Shown here one piece after another: positions 57,189 through 64,000 of a stretch of DNA of 64,000 bases (position 1 is the stretch's first letter; each line of letters starts with the position of its first letter). The notes beneath the pieces are model-generated. The model was given only the letters and a program-made list of their open reading frames with translations. It did no database searches and had not been told where the DNA came from. Position numbers and translations under genes: made by a program. Origin of the DNA: Nitrososphaeria archaeon (GTDB lineage Archaea > Thermoproteota > Nitrososphaeria > JACIWG01); assembly GCA_049969935.1 (NCBI GenBank), contig JBMFNX010000003.1, forward strand, positions 8,616-72,615, read 5' to 3'.

Positions 57189-57935
57189 TTGTCTTCAGAA
57201 GTAAGGTTAACAAAACGATTGAAGATAGTGGAACCTTGGCCAGCACTTATTTTAGACGATAGAACGTTAATAGTTTCAGACCTACATTTTGGAATCGAGG
57301 AAGAGCTTGAAGCTGAAGGCATACATGTGCCATCATCACTTGCTCCAAAAATAATAAATTTTATAATAAGGCCTGTTAAAGAAATGGGTTTAAGCGAGGT
57401 ACTGATTTTAGGTGATGTCAAACATGAGTTCGGATACCCTTCACCGAGTGAATGGATTTCAACAAAAAAGCTTATAAGAAGTCTGAAAGAACTTAATGTA
57501 AAATTAAAGATCATACGTGGAAACCATGACAATTACATTATAGCAATACTTAAGGAACATAATATTGAGTTAATACAGCCTTCACTAACAGTTGATGAAA
57601 TGACATTCACTCATGGACATATTCCAGAAGAAGAATTAACTTCAACAACAGATTTTATAATTTTAGGCCACGAACACCCTTCTATAGCTATAAAAGACAG
57701 GCTTGGATTCCTATATAGGTTCAAGTGCATTTTACATGGAAGAGTTGGAGAAAAAACCATAATAGTTTTACCATCCCTTTCTCCAGCAGCCTACGGTACA
57801 GACGTGAACCTAAATCCTCCATCAACATTTCTTTCACCATTCCTTAAAGATAAGGATATTTCAGAAATGGTGCCATATGCAATAGAGCCTGGAAAAGGTT
57901 TACAAAAGTTTCCAAAAATAAAGTACCTGATTTAA
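57189..57935 (+). CDS. PdeM-like calcineurin-fold metallophosphoesterase
   Basis: 248-aa ORF (TTG start) with VSDLHFG, LGDVKHEF, GNHD and GHEHP. Its N-terminal layout matches PdeM/MPE proteins encoded next to Lhr helicases. Confidence 0.7.
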   Translation: MSSEVRLTKRLKIVEPWPALILDDRTLIVSDLHFGIEEELEAEGIHVPSSLAPKIINFIIRPVKEMGLSEVLILGDVKHEFGYPSPSEWISTKKLIRSLKELNVKLKIIRGNHDNYIIAILKEHNIELIQPSLTVDEMTFTHGHIPEEELTSTTDFIILGHEHPSIAIKDRLGFLYRFKCILHGRVGEKTIIVLPSLSPAAYGTDVNLNPPSTFLSPFLKDKDISEMVPYAIEPGKGLQKFPKIKYLI

Positions 57936-57972
57936 TCATTTACATTTAAATCTGTCCATTCTATAGCCTACA

Positions 57973-58899
57973 TTGCCAGACATGAACATAAATAATGAAA
58001 GGGAAAAAAAGCTTGTAGTATCATCTTTAGTGCAGCTGCTCTACTATAAAAAGGTCATATCCTTTCAGGAAACATTGGAGCTTTTGAAAAAAATTAGGTC
58101 TAGAAGGGCGGAAAGGGTTCTTGAAATATTTTATAGTAACAAAACTTTTAAGGAAAATATTTCTATAAGCCAAAAAAATAGGAGATTTTGGCTATATAAT
58201 ATTGCTTGGAAGCTTAAGATGAGGAGAGAGTTGACAGACATTTTGGAAAAAACATGTAATATTGCAGCATTTTTTGCATCAAAGTTGAAGAATGAACAGA
58301 ACATTAACCTAATATATGCAAACTCTTACACTTCTGAAGCATTAAGTCTAATGCTTTCAACATATAATGATATAAACTATTTTACTGTAGACCCAGATTA
58401 TGATATAAGTGTTCCAGAAAATCTTTTAGTGCCAGTAGTACTAGGATTTGAGACAAACTTAGAAATTGGGAGAAAAGATGAAATACCCTATTTTGGTTTA
58501 AACCTACTTTATAAGGTAAGTGAAATTAAAAGGAAAATGGGTCTAGTTTATAACATATATTGTAGCCAAATATGTAAAAAGAGTGTGGGAAAACGATTCT
58601 GTAACGATTACGAGAAAAGAATGCTTAAGAGGACAATAGATAAGCCAAGTATATTTCCAATAGAAAGATGGCACAAGATTTGTATAAAAAGCATCCGAAG
58701 CTTAAACAGGGACCTTAAGAAATCGTTTAACGAGATAGGGGAAAACCAGTTGATTTTGGATGAAGAGGTGCCCTCACCTTTAGCGTCTTCAATTTCCTGG
58801 CTTCTTAATAGAAAAAGTTTGGAGGAGACTATAGAGGTTATAACAAAGGTTCCAATAGCTCAAGAAGGCTTTGACCTAAACCAGCAGATGTATGGTTAG
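57973..58899 (+). CDS. hypothetical protein (no recognisable domain)
   Basis: 308-aa ORF, 38 nt downstream of and co-directional with the PdeM-like gene. It is K/N/I-rich with scattered Cys (CSQIC...FC...IC). Confidence 0.5.
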   Translation: MPDMNINNEREKKLVVSSLVQLLYYKKVISFQETLELLKKIRSRRAERVLEIFYSNKTFKENISISQKNRRFWLYNIAWKLKMRRELTDILEKTCNIAAFFASKLKNEQNINLIYANSYTSEALSLMLSTYNDINYFTVDPDYDISVPENLLVPVVLGFETNLEIGRKDEIPYFGLNLLYKVSEIKRKMGLVYNIYCSQICKKSVGKRFCNDYEKRMLKRTIDKPSIFPIERWHKICIKSIRSLNRDLKKSFNEIGENQLILDEEVPSPLASSISWLLNRKSLEETIEVITKVPIAQEGFDLNQQMYG

Positions 58900-61800
58900 G
58901 GCTCAATTTTTAGGGCAAGAGATTTATCGTCAAATTCGATCATCTTCCAGTCTTCTTTAGCATCCTTTGCAAGAATAACATTTTCTGCTCTAACAAGAAA
59001 CTTTAACTCGTTCAAATAAATTTTTATCGTTTCAGAAACTTCTTCGTCATCGGTCCAGACTAGCACAGATTTTACAACTTGAGCAGGATTAAGACCAAGC
59101 TCCTTTCTATAAGCTTGAATTCTTCTAGCAATATCTCTTAAAAGACCCTCCCTAATCAGTTCCTCATTTCTTTCAACCTTCAAAATAACTTTGCCAAAAG
59201 ATGTATCTTGCATCATATAACCTTTTTCTGGTACAATTAGGTATTCGAAGTCGTCTTTGTACAATGTAAAGACTTTTCCATCAAATTCAATTTTAGCTTC
59301 ATTTTTTTCCTTCAACTCTTGAGCTAGAGCACTTTTATCAACTTTGTTTAAATTGTCTAAGAGTAGGGGCAAATCTCTTTTAAACCTCTTACCTAAATTC
59401 TGTAAGATTGGTTTCATATCAAGTTTAACTGGAGCCAGATTTAGGTTACTGTAAATGTCTAACTGTTTAACGTTACAAAGCTCCCTAAGGATAAAGAACT
59501 CTTCTTCATTAAACTCTACCATCTTATCGAAAACAAACACAGCCCTCTCAACAGGCCACCTTCTCTTCAGCTTAGCCTTCATTCTAAGCGAATTTGTTTC
59601 TGACACCATTTCATCAATTAGCTTAAACTTTGATTCAAGCCCATCATCTACAAGCTCTCTCCTCTGCACTGGAAGCCTTTCAAACAAGATTGACTCTTTC
59701 CTTTCCTTAAAGCATTCAAGATACAATTTTTCTGTAACAAATGGGCTTATTGGATGAAGTAAGATGTCAACATTTTTGAGACAATATGATAGGACAGCGT
59801 ATATTGCCAATCTTCTTTTTAATGTTTTAGGATCATCTGTCCAAAGTTCTCTTCTAACAAATGGAACATACTTTTGGCTCAACTCTTCAATAATGAACCT
59901 TTCAAGCTCTCTTGCTGCTTCATTATATTCTGCTCGAGCATAATATTTTGAAACCGATTCTATTAACCTTTGACACCTGGATAAAATCCATTTATCAAAG
60001 AATGTTAGAAGATTATTTGACATACACCAGTCAATTTTATAAATGCTATCGTCAAAGTTGTCTAGGACACTGTTCTGCTGAAGGTACACATGAAGGTGAT
60101 ATAGGGTATTCAGAACCTGGAATGGTCTACCATATATTTCATCAGGCTTAAAAACTAAAGTTGCTATAGGAGAATTCTTCCACACAAGATAAAATCTTAC
60201 TGCGTCAACAGAATTTTCCTTAAGAGTCTTATTTGCATCAATAATGTTTCCTAAACTCTTGGACATTTTGGACTCGTCAGGTCCAAGAATGTGGCCTTGA
60301 AAAAGGAAGGCCTTGTATGGTGAATTAGGGCCTCTAGTAAGGATTACACTTAAAATTAGTAGACTGTACGCCCAACCTCTAGTCTGGTCTATACCTTCTG
60401 TCAAAAATTCTACAGGAACATATTTTCGATACTCTTCGTCAGTGAACGCAGCATATGGTGAAGCGCCAGAATTATGCCATGTATCAAGCACAAAAGGTTC
60501 ACGATAAGCTTTTCCTCCACACTTTTTGCATCTGACAACAATTCTATCTATCCATGGACGATGGAGTTCAAAATTTTCTCCGTCAGGAAGTTCTATAGCA
60601 TTTTCTATAATCTCTTTCCTAGAGAATAGGCCAATTTTTTCACCGCAGCTGCTGCAAACCCAGATTGGGAGAGGTGTACCCCAAACTCTCTCTCTTGATA
60701 TACACCATGGCTTCATCTCCCTTATTATATTGAGGAACCTGTTTTTAGGTGCATCAAAGAAGTATTCAACCTTTTCAGCTGCTTTAAGGGCTCGGTCTCC
60801 AATCTTGTCAACCCAATAAAAATATTCTCTCCTCGCAAGCCAAACAAGCCTATGATGGGACCTCCAGCATGTTGGATATTCGTGAACTATTTTTGAAACA
60901 TGCACAAGCAATCCCTTTCTCCTAAGATCTTCTATAACAATATTGTCAGCATCTCTTGCAAATATTCCAGCATATTTTCCAGCATCCTTTGTAAAGCAAA
61001 CAGTGTCATCGAATGGATTGAATATTGGGAGACCTTCTCTTCTCGCTATTTCAAAATCTATTTCACCATTTGATGGGGCCATGTGAACGATTCCTGTCCC
61101 AGTATTAATATCAACGCTTTCATCCAATACTATTACGTGGGCATTATATTCTCTATCAAGTAACCCTTGCTTTGGAACTTCTTCCTCAAGAGGATACTCG
61201 TACCTTTCACCCTTTAAGGTTTCACCCAAAATTTCCCCTTTTATCCTATAATCTTCTATACCAACTTCCTTCATGAAATCGTTAACCCTATTAGATGCAA
61301 TAATCCATTCTTCGCCGTTGACTTCAACAATAGAATAGCTTGAGTTAGGGTGAACTGCAACCATGATATCTGTTACTACCGTGAAAGGCATTGTAGTCCA
61401 TAATACTATGAAGCGGTTAGGATAGTTTTTTAGTCTAACCTTATAGTAGAGGGATGGATCCTCTAGCATTTCATATTCTGAGCTTACTTCACTGTGGCTT
61501 AATGCTGTCTGGCAACTTGGACAGTATCCTACAACCCTGAAGCTTTCACCTAGAAGACCGTCTTCCCAAGCAACTTTAAGAATCTGCCACTCTCTCTCAA
61601 TATATTCGTCCTTGTAAGTCCAATAATCCTTATCATGGTCCATCATCATGCCCATGAGGTGGTCAGCGGAGATCCAGAACTTATGATAGTATTTTATCAT
61701 CTCCTTAGCCTTTTCAACAATCTTTTCCATTCCATACTTTAGAAGCTCCTGCTTTCCACCTATTATCCCAAGCTCCTTGGCAGCCTGAAGCTCAACTGGT

Positions 61801-62060
61801 AGACCCTGTGTATCCCATCCACCTCTAAATATAACTCTCTTACCACTTAATGTTGTGAACCTGAACCAAAGATCTTTATACACTCTACCCCTTAAATGGC
61901 CAATATGTGGTTCACCATTTAATGTAGGGGGACCTTCAACGTATCCGACAATTTCAACCTTACTAGGGTCCATTTCAACCTTTTTCCTAATACAATTTTT
62001 TTCCCAGAACACTCTGATTTCATCCTCTATCCCCCTAGGATTATATACTGGATGCAGCAT
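58896..62060 (-). CDS. ileS: isoleucine--tRNA ligase
   Basis: 1054-aa ORF with the HIGH motif (PPTLNGEPHIGH), KMSKSLGN, and Zn-type Cys pairs (CPSC, CSSC...CKKC). Confidence 0.95.
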   Translation of the reverse strand: MLHPVYNPRGIEDEIRVFWEKNCIRKKVEMDPSKVEIVGYVEGPPTLNGEPHIGHLRGRVYKDLWFRFTTLSGKRVIFRGGWDTQGLPVELQAAKELGIIGGKQELLKYGMEKIVEKAKEMIKYYHKFWISADHLMGMMMDHDKDYWTYKDEYIEREWQILKVAWEDGLLGESFRVVGYCPSCQTALSHSEVSSEYEMLEDPSLYYKVRLKNYPNRFIVLWTTMPFTVVTDIMVAVHPNSSYSIVEVNGEEWIIASNRVNDFMKEVGIEDYRIKGEILGETLKGERYEYPLEEEVPKQGLLDREYNAHVIVLDESVDINTGTGIVHMAPSNGEIDFEIARREGLPIFNPFDDTVCFTKDAGKYAGIFARDADNIVIEDLRRKGLLVHVSKIVHEYPTCWRSHHRLVWLARREYFYWVDKIGDRALKAAEKVEYFFDAPKNRFLNIIREMKPWCISRERVWGTPLPIWVCSSCGEKIGLFSRKEIIENAIELPDGENFELHRPWIDRIVVRCKKCGGKAYREPFVLDTWHNSGASPYAAFTDEEYRKYVPVEFLTEGIDQTRGWAYSLLILSVILTRGPNSPYKAFLFQGHILGPDESKMSKSLGNIIDANKTLKENSVDAVRFYLVWKNSPIATLVFKPDEIYGRPFQVLNTLYHLHVYLQQNSVLDNFDDSIYKIDWCMSNNLLTFFDKWILSRCQRLIESVSKYYARAEYNEAARELERFIIEELSQKYVPFVRRELWTDDPKTLKRRLAIYAVLSYCLKNVDILLHPISPFVTEKLYLECFKERKESILFERLPVQRRELVDDGLESKFKLIDEMVSETNSLRMKAKLKRRWPVERAVFVFDKMVEFNEEEFFILRELCNVKQLDIYSNLNLAPVKLDMKPILQNLGKRFKRDLPLLLDNLNKVDKSALAQELKEKNEAKIEFDGKVFTLYKDDFEYLIVPEKGYMMQDTSFGKVILKVERNEELIREGLLRDIARRIQAYRKELGLNPAQVVKSVLVWTDDEEVSETIKIYLNELKFLVRAENVILAKDAKEDWKMIEFDDKSLALKIEP

Positions 62061-62160
62061 GCCAACATTACCTTCTTTTACCGTCCACCTCTAATGGATA
62101 ATATAAGTTTTTTATGAATCTTTAGAATTAGCTGGAAAAATATTAAAAACTGTCCAATAT

Positions 62161-62856
62161 ATGTTATATGGATTGGATATAGCATTAATAGCAGACATAC
62201 ACAGTAATCTTGAAGCATTTGAAGCTGTGCTAGAGAAGATTGAAGGCTACAGGATATTATGCTTGGGAGACCTGGTTGGATATGGCGCCAACCCAAATGA
62301 GGTCATAGAACTTGTTAGGGACAAGAGTATAAAATGTATTATGGGAAACCATGATTATGCAGTTGCAACAGGAGACTATTCTGAATTAAGTCCAAAGGCT
62401 GTCATAGCAGCAAAATGGACTAGAAATGTTTTGAAAAAAGAAAATTTAAATTTCCTTTCAACATTACCCTCAACTTTAAGGTTAGAGGAAGAGGGTAAAA
62501 AAATCCTTTTAGCACATGCGACACCACAGGACCCGCTTTTTGGAGACTATATCCACCCTGACACAGACCCCTTCAAATTCTTATACTATGCCACAGAATA
62601 TGAGGAAGATGTACTTTGCTTAGGACACCTACACGTACCATACATTTACAGGAGACTTGAAAAACTCATATTAAATCCTGGCAGTGTAGGACAGCCACGT
62701 GATGGAAACACTTTAGCAAGATACGCAATATTGGACATAGAAAACATGAACGCTAAAGTGTATGGGACAAAATATAACAGGGAACTGTCTGCCAAAAAAA
62801 TTATTGAAGCGAACCTTCCACAGATTTTTGCAGCAAGACTATTAAAGGGTATATAG
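62161..62856 (+). CDS. metallophosphoesterase (YfcE/ApaH-like family)
   Basis: 231-aa ORF with IADIHSN, GDLVGYG, GNHD and LGHLH motifs. Confidence 0.75.
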   Translation: MLYGLDIALIADIHSNLEAFEAVLEKIEGYRILCLGDLVGYGANPNEVIELVRDKSIKCIMGNHDYAVATGDYSELSPKAVIAAKWTRNVLKKENLNFLSTLPSTLRLEEEGKKILLAHATPQDPLFGDYIHPDTDPFKFLYYATEYEEDVLCLGHLHVPYIYRRLEKLILNPGSVGQPRDGNTLARYAILDIENMNAKVYGTKYNRELSAKKIIEANLPQIFAARLLKGI

Positions 62857-62932
62857 GCGGTTCCTAAATAGATTTTAAACTCACACAACTATACTTAAAA
62901 GGTTATTTACTTTAAAGTGAAAAGTTTGTGAC

Positions 62933-63712
62933 ATGAAAGTCGGTATAATAGGGTTTGGTGCACTTGGAAGTGCAATAGTTGAGGGGCTAATAAAATCAAG
63001 TTTTCCAGCCGAAGAACTGCTTGTATCAGATGCTGATAAACTAAAGCTTGAAAGTGCCAAAAGGCTTGGAGTTAAAATTATAGACAATGTTAGATTATGT
63101 GAGCTTGCTGACCTAATCGTGTTGGCTGTTAAACCAAAGGACTTTAATAGGGTAGCCGAAGATATTGTAAAAGTTGAAGATAAAAAGGCACTTGTTTCAT
63201 TTATTGCAGGAATAAGGATTGATAAAATACGTTCTAAGATAGAATGTAAGAATGTTTTCCGTGGAATGCCGAACATTTCAGTTAAAGTCTGCGATTCTGT
63301 AATAGGCCTAACAGCATCTGAGGAAGCCGATCTAAGAGTAAAAGATGATGTTATAAGATTGCTGTCTAGAATTGGTAAAGTAATAGAGGTTGATGAACGG
63401 CTTCTGGACACACTAACCTCTATTTCAGGAAGTGGGATCGCCTTCGCTAGCGAAATAATAAGAGCATTCTATGAGGCCGCCGTCCTCCTCGGCTTCGACC
63501 ATAAAACAGCCAAAGAAGTTAGTTTAAAAGTCTTTTCTGGAACGACAAAACTTCTTGAAGAAGAAGATTTTGAACAAATATTCAGGCGTGTAACAACACC
63601 TGCTGGAACAACCATAGAAGGAATATATGTCCTAGAAAAGGCTGGTGTAAGGGGCATAATTATTGAAGCGATAAAGGCTGCGGCTGAAAAGGCGTCGAAA
63701 TTATCTGCCTAG
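62933..63712 (+). CDS. proC: pyrroline-5-carboxylate reductase
   Basis: 259-aa ORF with the N-terminal Rossmann motif [15 protein letters not shown] and C-terminal [11 protein letters not shown]. Confidence 0.85.
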   Translation: MKVGIIGFGALGSAIVEGLIKSSFPAEELLVSDADKLKLESAKRLGVKIIDNVRLCELADLIVLAVKPKDFNRVAEDIVKVEDKKALVSFIAGIRIDKIRSKIECKNVFRGMPNISVKVCDSVIGLTASEEADLRVKDDVIRLLSRIGKVIEVDERLLDTLTSISGSGIAFASEIIRAFYEAAVLLGFDHKTAKEVSLKVFSGTTKLLEEEDFEQIFRRVTTPAGTTIEGIYVLEKAGVRGIIIEAIKAAAEKASKLSA

Positions 63713-64000
63713 ACTTCTCTCACTTGACCGTTACCGTATATAATGTATTTTGTTGTAGTAAGTTCCCTGAGACCCATTGGGCCTCTGGCATGAAGCTTCT
63801 GAGTGCTTATCCCAACTTCTGCACCGAAACCAAATTCTCCCCCGTCAGTGAACCTCGTTGACGCATTAACATAGACGCATGCGCTGTCAACGTTCCAAGT
63901 AAAATATTTTGCATCCTCCAAATTTTTTGTTATAATTGATTCAGAATGTTTTGTACCATATTTGTTTATGTGTTGTACAGCATCTTTAACAGAGTCAACT
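63709..64000 (-). CDS. proA: gamma-glutamyl phosphate reductase, C-terminal part (gene continues beyond the window end)
   Basis: The minus frame is open from base 64000: [94 protein letters not shown]. This is the typical ProA C-terminus. Confidence 0.85.
   Translation of the reverse strand, partial: VDSVKDAVQHINKYGTKHSESIITKNLEDAKYFTWNVDSACVYVNASTRFTDGGEFGFGAEVGISTQKLHARGPMGLRELTTTKYIIYGNGQVREV

Noticed and set aside
62881-63411. Minus-strand 176-aa ORF overlapping proC. Similar long antisense ORFs lie within lhr (54937..55551), carB and ileS.
   Set aside because: These are Ser/Leu/Thr/Ile-rich antisense frames of strongly supported genes. No motifs were found.
1-64000. Scan for CRISPR arrays, tRNA, rRNA and other structured RNA genes in the intergenic regions.
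   Set aside because: I found no regularly spaced direct repeats and no GTTCGAATC/GGTTCAAAT-type T-arm signatures with matching acceptor stems. No GC-rich islands stand out from the AT-rich spacers. Detection by eye is imperfect, so tRNAscan-SE/Infernal should be run.

Overview
The window looks like a densely packed, low-GC archaeal chromosome segment. Evidence for archaeal origin: HerA/NurA/Mre11/Rad50, a PriS-type primase, an ATP-dependent DNA ligase, AT-rich TATA-like boxes about 25-30 nt upstream of start codons, and K/E/I-rich proteins that hint at thermophily. I support about 57 protein-coding genes, many with overlapping stop/start codons. By eye I found no rRNA, tRNA or CRISPR array.

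Recognisable housekeeping content:
- Redox and cofactor genes: etfB-etfA plus a GlcD-like FAD oxidase, trxB, hypE/hypD/hypC/hypF, an Nnr-type dehydratase, and several radical SAM enzymes.
- Translation and biosynthesis: cysS, ileS, adenine deaminase, carA/carB, proC/proA.
- DNA metabolism: DNA ligase and a PriS-like primase.
- Others: Hsp20, an Obg/YchF-like GTPase, M20 and M28 peptidases, a family 2 glycosyltransferase (GT2), and an A24 prepilin-type peptidase.

Regions worth a second look:
1. A translationally coupled five-gene operon, nurA-orfX-herA-mre11-rad50 (4913-12025, minus strand). An unassigned 201-aa ORF with a HerA-N-terminal-like barrel sequence sits between nurA and herA.
2. A cluster of a metallo-beta-lactamase (MBL)-fold exonuclease, an Lhr helicase, a PdeM-like phosphoesterase and a 308-aa orphan (53479-58899). 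It mirrors the bacterial ligase-associated DNA damage response cluster, but an orphan gene occupies the place of the ligase.
3. A vapBC cassette bracketed by decayed IS200/IS605 TnpB remnants. A second remnant at 22.2 kb shares collinear conserved 3'-terminal blocks, including a hairpin.
4. An Lct-like EtfBA/FAD-oxidase operon.
5. A KaiC-like ATPase whose stop overlaps a short, divergent archaeo-eukaryotic primase (AEP).

I cannot prove novelty for any of these without database searches. All functional calls come from motif recognition by eye.
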